A stretch of 55,621 nt of DNA, filler included, from Jimgerdemannia flammicorona (lineage: Eukaryota), in the NCBI GenBank assembly GCA_003990765.1. It is 2 parts of 2 records of this genome, joined end to end, with 100 filler letters (N's around TTAATTAATTAA, not from the genome) between each part and the next. Parts side by side here need not be neighbours in the genome. Positions count along the whole stretch, not along the records: positions 27,863 to 55,621 come from RBNJ01000607.1; 1 more part is not named here. One strand, 5' to 3'. A program made the translations under genes and the position numbers. Of this stretch, positions 27,880-39,487 are shown one piece after another. Each line of letters opens with the position of its first letter. The first letter of the stretch is position 1. The notes under the pieces are model-generated. The model was not told the origin of the DNA, searched no databases, and worked only from the letters and a program-made list of their open reading frames with translations.

Positions 27880-28644
27880 ATATAGGTTATATTCTCTGGT
27901 CTCTTTATTATAGTTAAAGTAATCAGAGATAAATGCAGATTAGTATTGATACCAGTGGTCATTATCTCAATAGGTCTCATAGGTGATTATGAACTATTAT
28001 AAGTTCATTAGCAAGATTGGTAGAGTGATCAGAGTTGGCAGAGATCCTTGACTTGAGGTTATATTGATATCAGAGAGTTTGTTATCTTCTACTTTATCAT
28101 TATCAAACTGAATTATATCATAGATATTCTTTATAATATATCCAACTTGAGGCATTTGCAGGATGTAGTCATCTGGGTATAAGAAGGTTCTATCTGTAGT
28201 TTGAATATACTCAATATACTTGTAGTTGAGTTTTTATACTATGTCCTCAATTTGACTATAAGATAAGATAGTAACTATTTTAGTAGTAGTAACTTAGAGA
28301 TAAGAAATAAAGGTGCTGTACTCATAAAAGAGTTCTTGATATTTATAGACAATGAGCTTCTGGTGTTGGGACATCTGGATAATATTAGTATCATAGTGAT
28401 GTTTGACTATATCTTCCAGAAGATAGTCAATTTGGTAGTAGTTTGAGATTTATTCAATATGGTAGGCTTTACTAAATATGTTCAGAGCATTCTATCAGAC
28501 TTCCATGAAGTAGAGGGATATCAGGCTATAGATATTCATGAGGGGCAGAGGGGGTGTGGCTCAGTTGACAATAGTATTTCAAATATCAGTATAAATATAA
28601 TTATAGATCTTAGTAATTATAATATATATATATTAGAGAGTTAT
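27880..28644 (-). pseudogene. Decayed ORF resembling the chromovirus accessory ORF (48439-49242)
   Basis: One frame with stops explicable by C>T. QKLIVYKYQELFYEYSTFISYL*VTTTKIVTILSYSQIEDIV*KL aligns ungapped to EQRLTKKVHQIMYHVLFAIPNLNYVQLKDFQNLSFSEIDELEIKV. Confidence 0.5.
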
Positions 28645-28887
28645 GATTGTTTATTTAGTTTATTGTAGTTCTCTGTTTTGATATATCTGGGTACTCAGTA
28701 TATATGCATTCAGTCCTAATTGGTAAGACTCTGTTTGTGTAAATCTTGTATTCCATAACTTAGAGTTGACTCAGCTTTGTATTCTGTGACTTCAGTTTGA
28801 CTCAGCTTAGTGATCTTGCATGTGATTTCCAGATTTGTTCAGAGAGTGACATGTGATTTCAGAGGCTTGGAGATTGTGTGCTTACAA

Positions 28888-29191
28888 TCACCTTTCTCAT
28901 CTTATATTTTTGCCTCAAGAGTTTTATTTGCTATATGAGCTCCAGGGGAATCCCCAGAGAATGAAGGTTGAAGAATGGCGACGTCGACTCTCATTTTGCT
29001 TTTTATTGCTCTGTCTTTCTTATTATCCACATATTCTTCCCTTCTTTACAATATTGTCCCGCTCTTCAGTCGGCCTTTTATCACCTTTCTTGTCTTATAT
29101 TTTTGCCATAAGAATTTTTCTTTGCGATATGATCTCCAGGGGAATCTTCCTGGAGAATGAAGGTTGAAGAACGGCAACGTCGTCTCTCATC
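28888..29191. repeat. About 110-bp imperfect direct repeat (28888-28995 and 29081-29191)
   Basis: TCACCTTTCT..TCTTATATTTTTGCC..AAGA and ATATGA.CTCCAGGGGAATC...GAGAATGAAGGTTGAAGAA.GGC.ACGTCG.CTCTCAT each occur twice. Confidence 0.85.
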
Positions 29192-29435
29192 TTCATGTGT
29201 CTTATTACAACACAATTCAATTGGGTGAATGGTCATCGAGGGTCTTCAACATTGCACTAACACATAGCACCATAATATCATTTCACGGGGAAATTTATTT
29301 GCGTACAATCCTAATTCAAATATTCTAACAATAATACGCCGCCACATCAATTTCAGCCGCCGCTCCCCTCACCCTGTTTTTTTTTTTTTTTTTTTTTTTT
29401 TTTGCTTCTCGACCCCCATCCGAAACTCCGATTAA

Positions 29436-30615
29436 CTACGCCGATACGTTCAATAAAATATTGCTACCCCCATTCTTCCCCCCGGAACTCGGCAGATACG
29501 TCACATTCTTCGCCTGTGCCAATGTCGACGCGATATCCTTGGACGCCTCAATGCGACGGAACTCAATCAGGCCCTCGCCGGCTTTTTCCAGGGCCTGCGA
29601 GATCAATTCTGCCGCCTGGGCGTCGCCTTCTGCACGGATGATGGAAGCCAATTTTTCTTGTTCGGCCTGTAATGGGGTGGCATTATATAGGCGTGAGATA
29701 AAGGTAACTTATTGGGAGGGGAGGCACCCGAAATAACGAATAAGCGGTGAAAGAAGATATCGACGCGGTGTATGTAAAGTTAGGTACCTTCTCAACAATA
29801 AATTTGGCTCGTTCAGCTTCCTGTTGCGCAATCTGTTTCTGTTCGACGGCGTTCGTGAAGTCTTTGCCAAAAGTCATGTGAGTCTGAATAAGGTAATAAC
29901 CAGTATCAGTTAATATTGCATCAATTATCCCCGGTCCAGAGAGTGTGTCTTTTCACGCCTTTTATCCAATCGAACCCTGTGTCATAGAGACAAAGGCAAA
30001 CGTGCAGAATAAAGCAAGGAGAAGACAACATACAATTGACACATCTTCTAACTGAATGTTGAACTCCATCGCCCTCTTTACGAGATCTTCCCTGATCCTC
30101 GACGACACAACCTCCCTCTGGGTGATCAGCTCACCCGCATCGAATTGGGCGACTATGCTCTTGAGTACCTCATTGCCGATGGAGGGGAGAACACGCTCAT
30201 CGTAGTCCATGCCCAGATTCTGGTAGATAGAGGGCAAGTGGGAGATCTCGGGCCTATGCAGAACGCGGAGGGTCAGCGAGACCATCTGCATGTCTTTCGA
30301 GCCGGTTGTTGTAGAGATGTTTCGCGGCTTTGTGCGCACGTCGAAGACCACAGCCCGCTGTAGCCAAGGGACCAGAAAGTGAGTGCCCTCACCAATGGAC
30401 TGCTGCTTAACACCTTGGATACGGTCGAAAATGACCGCGCGGTGGCCGCCTTGGACTAGAAAGTGGAGTGGTGAGAACAGAATGAGTTTTGGCAAGTAGG
30501 GTTTGGGGGGACTTTCAGTCCAGAACTCACCATCATACATTGCGAGCTGGACACCTCCGATGGCAGTACCGATAGGAATTGCCCACTTTGCGAGCTTCTC
30601 TAGGACGACGGCCAT
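29436..30615 (-). CDS. PHB1: Prohibitin 1 (mitochondrial SPFH/band-7 protein); 4 exons
   Basis: Exons 30615-30531, 30455-30034, 29883-29788 and 29666-29436, GT-AG. Motifs [66 protein letters not shown]. Confidence 0.96.
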
Positions 30616-30989
30616 GGGGGGAAGGGGAGCGGTGCAGAACAGCGCAGGGAGCAAACAAACAAAAATTTCAACATCGTGTTCCGGGGAGCGACGTCACTCA
30701 CCGGCCACACTGGTGGCAGTTGACTGGTTGGATAGGAAATCCGGTTTGTAAGCTTTTCGACTGGTTCCACTACAGAAATGTGTATTTATACCCACCTCCC
30801 TCACATCCTCTATCTGTAAAATATTTCCCCTCCTCTTTGTACATGTTACTTTCTGTATTCAAAATATTCAAACTCTTTAGTATCTTGGTCAGTATACTTC
30901 AATATTAGAATAGATAGAGTAAAATATATACTTCTAGATTTCTCTTAGAGTAAAGAGTCTATTAGTACTCTAAACAGAGAGGCCCCTTT

Positions 30990-32143
30990 CTCTGCTACCT
31001 TACTGGTCACAAGGTTTGGTAGGTGATCTTCCGAGTTCCCTTTCCTCTATTATTACCTCCTCTATCTCAGGTTGGTTTGCTGTGCCTGTAGAGACATAGT
31101 GGAAGGAGGGTAATAGTGATGAGTTGCCTCTTTAACAGTATCAGATCAGTGCTTCTTCTACTTTTTTGCAGATTCTGGTGCCTTCAGCTGCATCTGGGGT
31201 ATACCTGTTTTGGTGTAGCATCTTCTTTCTTTTGTTGTCGTCAATAAGGAGTTGTCTCGGTATGTCTCAGGCTATATAGAGAGTCAGCCAACCTTGGGTA
31301 TCAAGTGCTCAGTATAGGTTACCTGCAGGTCTTCAGTGCCTGTAGTGGGGCCCTCTGGCTTTGGTGAGCTTCCCAGCGAATGTGGTTCTGGCATAGGTGA
31401 CTGCTTTTTAGGTATTGTCAGGATGAGAGGGAAGATGGCTATCACAGATAGGAGAAAGGGTGATAATAGTGGACCAGTAGGGTACCAGGCTGGGGGTGGT
31501 TGTTGGGGCTGGGGCAGGTGCTGCTTCGGTGAGGCCTTTTGATTAGTGTAGTATGGTTAGATAGTAGGTGATACTCTCAGCTTCTTTTGGTGGTTAGCAG
31601 AGTTGAGCCCCAGTCATTAGGGGGGGTCAGGGGGCCTGAGACTACCTATTTCAGATGTCTTGACTGTATTCAACTGGAACTGAGAGCTGACATAGCAATG
31701 TGATCAAGGCCCATAGACTTGAGTAGTGGGGTATTGGGAGCTTCCTCTCACCTCACATATAAGTTCTTTACTTACCTCAACTGGGAGAACCAGGTCCTAC
31801 CTACCATGTTGTGCTTTGATGAGAGTTTTTCTTTGCCTGTCATTCTCTTTGAGGTGGCAGGAACTATTCTATTCAGCTTAGGCATGGCCTTGTACATACA
31901 TTGGGTTCTCAGGTATGCACTTTCAGTTATTGGTATATAGTTGGGTTCCCCTGGTAGTAGGGAGAGCATGGTGTGTAGAATGAGGTGCGGGCCAACATAA
32001 GCCCTACTGTGCCTGGCATGGTTGAGCTGCTGGACAATAGCTAGTCTAGGTTAATGGGGGGGCAGTACTTGTGGATAGTGGGGAAGGGTTTTGGCCTATA
32101 TAGTCTAGGTTCCCTTCTAATAAAATTCCACGGAACATGAGTC

Positions 32144-32176
<33 letters not shown>
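30990..32176 (+). mobile_element. 5'-truncated 3' portion of the second LINE family, with AATAAA and poly(A) tail
   Basis: AATAAA at about 32119, poly(A) 32148-32177. Homologous to the minus-strand copy at 15126+. CpG-depleted. 5' limit approximate. Confidence 0.6.
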
Positions 32177-32179
<3 letters not shown>

Positions 32180-32595
32180 GCTCCAAACAGATGTAATTTA
32201 TCTAGATGAGATTCATTATGTAATGGATTTGAACTAACTTAGATTGGTCTCATAATCTGATCCTGATTAATCTAGATTAATCCAGATTACTTAAAATCTT
32301 TAGTAATATTATTCTTTCTTTATTCTTTCTTTCTTTATTCTCTCTTTTTTTTATTCTCTAATACTTCTTTTAGTTTCTCCTACCATATTATAAGTAAATA
32401 AATAGCAGCTCTTAATTATATATTAGTCTACTTATTTTTTTATTTAATAATTATTAAAAGAGAAAATATTTGAAATAAAAAAGTGCTCTCTGCTAATAAT
32501 ATTAAATTCTTTCTCATATGAGTAGCATACAAGCTACTCATTGAGAGCTAAAGTAGTAGTGGTAATGGTGATGACAATAGCAATGATAATGGTGA
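32177..32595 (+). mobile_element. hAT-like DNA element terminus (second copy), interrupted by LINE copy D
   Basis: Starts AGTGCTCCAAA (TIR like the MITE at 44044). Inverted homologue of 13580-13985. Confidence 0.7.
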
Positions 32596-34643
32596 TACCT
32601 TTCACCAGTAACATTCAGGTAACACAAGACTTAGACAATACTTTTGGCAATGTTTTTGATAGAAGGCAACTAATAACATAGATAGCAACAATTATACTGA
32701 TGAGTGTGTTTGGCTAGGAGAGCAGTAGTGCCTTTGACTGGCAGCATATAGAAAGGAGGAGTAGTGATGGTTTGGGAATACCAGGGCCTTCTATAGTAGG
32801 CCATGGTACTGGTAGTGGAGAAAGAGGCAGATTGAGACAATGAGAAGGAAAGAGGATGACCTTTGCAGATAAGGTCAAGATGGAGAGAATGGCATCCAGG
32901 CTGGATAGTTGGCTGGGCCTGGAGAAGTCTTCAACAGCTGCTGTTGGGAGGCAGGGAGGGGCTCTTTTGGGAGGGTTGGGCAGTAGGAGAGAGGGGGGAG
33001 TAGAGGCTGGAGATGTGACTGCTGATAGAGCTGTAACTGGGGATTTAGAAAAAAATCCAGATATGACAGTGGTTGGTAGTTCAGGACAGAGGGTGGGCAT
33101 GAGGCACAGAGATCTGGTGGATGGTATGACAGAATTGGTAGTAACACCATTGCTCAAGAAATCAAGGTCAGAATTTGCTGTCACATTGTACTTCCAAGGC
33201 TTAGTGGTAACTATAAGGATAATCTTAGGACTGGTGATACATGAGGTAAAGGGGATGGCTTTGGTGAAGTTCCTGAAGGGGAAAGAAGGGATCAAAGTTG
33301 AGTTTGAGAAAGAGGAGTCATTGTTGGTGGCCATGAAGAAGGGGGTAATGGTGGGAGGAGTAGTGGTCTCTATGGTCAGGTGCATACACTGAGACTCCTG
33401 AGTAGTATAGTTGATGGTACTGGATTTACCAATGGTGTCAAGGGAGAGAGTCAGAGAGTTGATTGTAGAAGTAGTCAAGGAGTATGGAGAGATAGTAGAT
33501 ATCAGGTTCAGAGTCTGAGAGAGTACTGAGCTCTAGACTAGAGACATTAATGTCCAGATAAGACTGGTTAGAAAGGAGAATACAGAGAAGATAAGGAACT
33601 GGTCAGTGTCTCTTAAGTGGGGCCCAGTGGAGTACAAGGTCTCATGGGTGAAAGGAATATAAGAGGAGGAGAAGGATTTGCTGGAGGATCTTGAGGATCT
33701 GGTAGGAGCAGTTGAGAAGAGATGGCTAGCTTAGAAGGAGTATGAAGCCAAGATGATGATAGAAATAGTAGATAGCAAGAGAATCAGGATGGACCAGGTA
33801 ATCTGGGAGAAGATGCAGGGAAGGTGAACTCAGAAGGAGCTGCTGGTGAAGTTGGGAGGCAGTGGAGCTAGCAGTAGTATAGGAGAAGATGGGGCAGGAC
33901 TGTAGGAGAGTGCCTGGGCTGGAGAGCCCAGAATGGCCCAAGATAGGGCCCAGGAGGGACTAAGTGAGGAGGGACAGGGTGGTATGGCAGTGGATATGGA
34001 AATGAGTAAGAGTATACAACCTCAGTATAGCATGCCAGGTGGGGCAGGGGGTGAGGAGGAATTGCTGGATGTACCTGAGGAAGAGTGGGATGAATTGGTG
34101 AGGAGAAGTGCTTTGGTGGACCTAGAGATGGAGGTTGAGAGGGTTGCTCAGAGTACTGCAGAGGCGGTGGATGAGAAGAAGTGGCTGTAGAAGGCTCTGG
34201 AGGGGGTGGCAGTAGAGGAGCTGGGGGGAGAGGACTTCCAGATCATAGAAGATCAATATTGGGAGGAAATTCTTTATGGTGAGAAGGTACTGAGGAAGGT
34301 TAGAAATGAGATTCTGATAGTACTCTTAGAATTAGTTGAGTACCAAGTAGATGATCAGTAGGAGGAGGAACTTTGTGTGATAGCAAATGACTAGGCGGTA
34401 TACTTATAGAATTCAAGGAAGGGCTTGGAGAAGTGGCAAGTGGTCTGTATGAATTATAGGACTAAAATGGAGGTGGTGGATGGGGTGGAGTGTCAGGAGA
34501 TCTTGGAGGCATTGGATGCTCAGGCTGTAGTGGAGGGTGATTTGGAAGTAGAGCAGCACTTGGATATAGCTGGGGATGAGATAAGTATGGAGTACTAGGC
34601 TGGGTTCTCAAATTCAAACATTATTCAATATAAATAGTATAAC
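32596..34643 (+). mobile_element. LINE family 1 copy D, 5' part (5' end, ORF1, first codons of ORF2)
   Basis: 5' motif TACCTTTCACCAGTAACATTCAGG. ORF1 fragments at 32856-33392 and 33933-34190. Interrupted at ORF2 codon 5 by the Gypsy element. Confidence 0.88.
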
Positions 34644-35416
34644 TGTAATAGAATTAACAAGTGAACAGGTGAGATGCGATGAGTAATTATGTGACCCAGC
34701 GAGTGATGACATCATCATATGATCAAGCATAGCATATAAATAACAAATAATGTAGAAAAATGATGTGAAAAACAATATTTAGCTTATCTCTAACAATCGG
34801 CACTGCAGTAACAGTTGCCATAGCAGCTGATTATTGCCTAGTAATTGAGGTCCTGATTACAAAATTGTTTTTACCAAAAACTACTTAACAAAGGTCACAA
34901 TTACAAACCTCATTATAGTTACCAAATTAGTCACTCATACTTAGTCAGAAATCATGAACCAACTTGTATAAATACCCCCCAGTTTCCATCTAAAATAAAG
35001 CAGTTTTAGTTTAGTCCTTGATACAAGAATCAAGTTCTCCCCACACATATACATTCCCCTGAGTCTTAGTAATGATATCTAAGTAACTTTAGTATTTCTG
35101 ACTAAACTCCAGAAGCCTAGCTAACTTCTACCAGAACTGAGACCAGTATGTAAATTCCCAAAGACTTAAGTAAACTCATTGAACCTAAATTCTAAGGTGA
35201 ATTCAGTCTATATACAGCAAAGGACAAGACCCTTGAAATAGGACAAAAGAGAAAGACCTTTGAAATAGAAGGCACTGCTGCTACAACTACTTATAAGCAA
35301 GTGCTTCCTCAAACTGAAGGCTTCTTGGTATACATTGTGTACTAAGTCTCTAAGTAATAGTCCACTTCCCTAATTATCCAAAGGATAAGAGAGGGGTAGA
35401 AGTGAGAGTTATTATA
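34644..35416 (+). repeat. 5' LTR (TATA box TATAAATA at 34967; terminal CA mutated to TA)
   Basis: Colinear with 49278-50050. Differences are almost all transitions. Confidence 0.95.
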
Positions 35417-35419
35417 ACT

Positions 35420-35431
35420 TGGTAGCAGCAG
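35420..35431 (+). promoter_or_regulatory. Primer-binding site TGGTAGCAGCAG (probably initiator tRNA-Met)
   Basis: Starts 3 nt after the 5' LTR. TGGTAGC is complementary to a ...GCUACCA tRNA 3' end, typical of eukaryotic iMet tRNA. Confidence 0.7.
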
Positions 35432-35499
35432 ATTACCAGTCAAGAAGGTACCAAGAACATACTCCTGAAGTTGGAACAAGACTAACCTTGGACAGGAGT

Positions 35500-37333
35500 A
35501 ACCCTCAGAACCAACTGTGGATCCTTAAACCAGAGCCAGAGAAGCCCTTGCCATTAGGACCAGGTGGTATCAGGAAACCACAGACCCAAGGACCCACTAG
35601 CTTGTAATTGACCAAGCTTACAAGGATCTATACTAGACCTTTAGGATATACCACCCAGAACTTAGGAATATTGTCAGCTGCCGTAAGTTCTATAAACTTC
35701 TCCATGGACATATTGGAATTACTAGGACTCTAGAATCTACTGCTGCAGCTACCCAGAATTTTCTATATTATATCACACTCTCTGCTGCAAGAGAAGTAGC
35801 TGCCAAGTGGATTGCCTCTAACAGATATCATCATACCCCTACCAAGACCTTCCTCTACTACAGGCTAGTTGTATACTATGCCTCTGCTATAACCAGATAT
35901 GAGAATGAGCAAGCAGGCCAGCCATCCCCTACTGCTGAACAAGAAGCAGACCCATCTACTCAGCCAGAGACTGATATCCTCTTTGAAGGACCTAGCCAGT
36001 ATGAGGACACACTATCTCATCAGAAAAGGGAGTCAGATAAAGACTCTACAGGTTACCAGTCTGACAATAGCTAACTAGGAATAGTAGGCCTAGAAATTTA
36101 TCAAGGAACCACAGGTCAAGAAGATCAGACCCCAGAACCAACCCAGCCACCTATATAGAGATTTGGTTTACCCTCTCTCACAGAACTCTTTGACCTGATA
36201 TCCAGGAATCAAGTAACTCCAAGTCATACAGCACCACAACCCCACCAAGCAGAACAATCTTCAGGAGAATCTACCCCAACAGACCCACTACCAATAGTCA
36301 ACACAATGGTAGATGTCAATATTGCAGCACTGACTACCCAGCTAGCAGCTCTAGCAGAGATAGTAGAACAAATTGCTGAATAAAACAAACCAACCAAGAC
36401 TCTGTAAATCCCAACATTCAGTAGAAAAAACAACAACATCGAAAACTTCATCAATGCAATTGATACAGACTACTGAGCAAACCAATGAAATGACAACTGA
36501 GTGCCTATAGGAATGCTCACCAACAACCAGAACAATACCCTTCAACAGCTGTTTGCTATATCAGCAGTACAAGTGAAAACAGTAGCCATATTCTTCACTG
36601 GAACAGCAACTGAATTCTGGTGAATCTTGGAACAATACTAAGTAACCTGGGAAGACTGCCCTCTAGTCAATAGACAAGCATCTGCCAACAATAAACCAGG
36701 TTGGGATGACTATGAAGCAGGCCCAGGACTCAAGGCCTTGCTACTGACCAAATTCTGAAATATGGCCTATATATAAGAAACTTGGAACAAACTGTCCCAG
36801 GTGAAGTTCCACAAGAATGGTGAGGAGGATCTAGAGACCTTTGCCACCAGAATGGATGCCTATCTCAAAACTGTTGGACTTACCTATTAAGAGAATAATT
36901 TGGCCATCAATGGTACTAGAGCCAACCACCTTTTTGCAGCTCTACCAGACTGGCTCACCCAGAAGATCAAGGAACAAGGGCTTTCCCAAGGATGCCCCCA
37001 CTACTCATGGTACTTTGCCCAAGTACAAAGAAGAGCTTGTGAAATCCTTGCTGCACAAGCCCCATGAAATCAAGAAAACAAGAAGGATAATAAAGATAGA
37101 AGGAATCCTACTAGAAGAAATGACCAAAGATATGATCAAAGGAATGATCAAAAGAACCAATAAAACCCCAGAGGACCCAGACCTCCTACTGAGGATGAAA
37201 AGAAGCAGCTCCATGAAAAGGAATTGTGCTTCATATGTAAGAAGGCAGGACACATCTCATTCAAATGTTCTGAGAAGAGAAACAGAGCAGGTGAATCTAG
37301 TAACCAGAACATTACTATTATTAGAGAAGGTCC
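35500..37333 (+). pseudogene. Gag with C-terminal CCHC zinc knuckle (CFICKKAGHISFKC)
   Basis: One frame (codons at 35643, 37224) with stops only of the TAA/TAG/TGA type derivable from CAA/CAG/CGA/TGG. IPTFS..IENFI gag-like motif. Exact start unclear. Confidence 0.85.
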
Positions 37334-37437
37334 AGGAAAGAAGAATCCTCAAAAGCACCTTTCTCTAGTAACATTCAGGTTACACAACCCTTTAGCAACA
37401 CTTTCAACACAGTTTCTGGAGAAAAGCTACTAGTATC

Positions 37438-39457
37438 ATAGTGATCAACGAGCATCTAGAGGTGCATACTGGGCAGGGTGGCCCTGGAGTGTTTGAATGG
37501 CAGCAAGTGGGGAGAGGCCCCAGCTTGGGGGGAAGTATGAGGGGCCTGCTGGCAGGGGGCCGCAGTAGAGGAGGGGACAGAGCTGGAGGTTGAGGGTCTG
37601 GCAGGGTGAGCTTTGTGGAGAAGGTGAAGGGGGGTTGGCAGGGAGCTGGACTGGAGAGCTGGCTGAGAGAGAGGAAGGTACTGGTGGCAGCTTCCAGGCA
37701 GCAACCTCTTGGGGGTACCTCTCTAGCGGGCCATAGGGATGGGGCTGGGGGGGTAGCGGCTGGGGCAGGGACTGCTGATGGGGGTGTGATGGGTGATCTG
37801 AAAAAAAATCTAGATGGGACTGCTGATAGTGAGCCGAGCGGTGGGAAGGGCACAAGGCCCAGGGACCTGGCGGATGGTGTAACGGGACTGGCGGTGGCTC
37901 CGTTACTCAAGAAGTTGATCTCGGCATTCGCAGTCACACTGTACTTCCAGGGCTTAGCGGTGACAGCAAAAATAGTGTTGGGGCTTATTGCTAAGCAGGT
38001 GGCAGGAGCGGCTTCGGTGAAGTTTCTGAAGGGACTGGAGGGGGTGGAGGTGGGATTTGAGGAGGTTGAACCGCTGGAGGAGGCGCTGAAGATTGGGTTA
38101 GTGGTTGGAGAGGTGTGTATTCCAATGGCAAGATATTTGAAATGGGATCCGAGGGTGGTCCAACTGCTGGTGAAAGGAGTATCCATGATGACAGCAATGG
38201 AGATGAGGAAGAGAGTGGAGGATGTCATGGCAGAGTATGGAGAGGTGGTGGATATTGGATTCAGGGTCTGGGAAGGGACCATGCTCAGGACTGGGGATGT
38301 GGATGTGAGGATTTGGCTGGCTGGGAAAGAGGCTACCAGGAAGATGAGGGACTGGCCTTCAGTATTGGTCTGGAGAGCTTTCCTGTGCAAGGTGACATAG
38401 GTGAAAGGAAGTGAAGAAGAGAAGGAAGATTTATTGGAAGTGCTGGAGGAGCTGGATGGGGCTGTAGAACAGCGAGCTAAGGCCTGGAAGACTTTCGAGG
38501 AGTCAATGCTCCTGGAGGTGGTGGATGGAAAGAGGATTCGAGTGGACAGGTGCAGTGGGAAAGGACTCAGGGACAGAAGAGACAGAAGGATCTGCTGGCT
38601 AAACTGGGGGGTGGACCACAGAAGGATGTGAGTATGAAGACAGGTGTAGAAGGGACCAGAGCGAGTGTCTGGGCTGATGAGAGGAGTGGGAATGATGGGG
38701 CAAAGTCAGGGAAGACTAAGGAGGCAAAGATTAGTGACCTATATGCTAATGGCACCTTGGAGGTTTGGGATGAAGTCTGGGAGAATTCCCCCACCCCTTC
38801 CCCTCTTATCAGGTGTGGCCCGGCTTCCAGGAACAAGACATGATGATGCTAGGGACCCAGCAGGTGAAATTTAGCATTCCGGAGGTATTGGATGGGGACC
38901 GAGTAGTGGTGGCAGGAGAGGAGAAACTGGTGGATGTCCTGGATGTGTGGGATGAGGACATGAGTGTGGGAGCTGATACCATAATGCTGGATGGAGGGAG
39001 GCCAGCGACCCCTGGTGGAAAGGAGGTGGGGAACCTACTTTGGATGTGCCAGATGATGAATAACCTGGCAGCAGAAGAGCTGGGGGAGGTGGACTTGCGT
39101 GGGATGGGTGATGAGCACTGGACAAGAATTTTGCAGGGGGAAGGAGTGGTGATGGCGATGAAGGCGGAAATTCTCACAGTGTATCTGGAGGAGGAAGGGT
39201 ATGAGGCAGATAAGGAGAGGAAGGCGGAGTTGGTGGTGGTCGCTGGAGAGAAGGCTGAGTACTGTTGGAACAGGTGTCATGGGTTGCAGCTTTGGCAGAA
39301 GGCTTGCATTAAGTATCGAGAGAATTTTGAGGAGAAGGCTGATGAGGAGATGAATGAGCTGTTGGCTGGACTGGAGGCTCAGAGGGCTGAAGAGGAGGAG
39401 GTGATGGCTGAACATAATCTGGATATGGCGCAGGAGGAGAGGGGCATGGAGCAGTAG
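37438..39457 (+). pseudogene. LINE copy G ORF1 (start ATG decayed to ATA), disrupted
   Basis: Fragments 37606-38400, 38401-38631 and 38813-39457. Copy E retains the ATG at the homologous site. Confidence 0.85.
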
Positions 39458-39487
39458 GGATTGATTGAGAACAAACTGTATTTTACT

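Noticed and set aside
28618..28624. TATAATA as the inner end of a 592-bp LTR
   Set aside because: It falls inside the decayed minus-strand ORF, and no PBS or PPT is adjacent.
37404..38390. Long antisense ORFs over LINE ORF1, recurring in several copies (also 4814-5725, 32714-33478, 51146-51673)
   Set aside because: Compositional shadow. In this register an antisense stop needs a sense Tyr/His/Gln codon after a pyrimidine, which is rare in the G-rich Gly/Val/Glu ORF1. No domain features.
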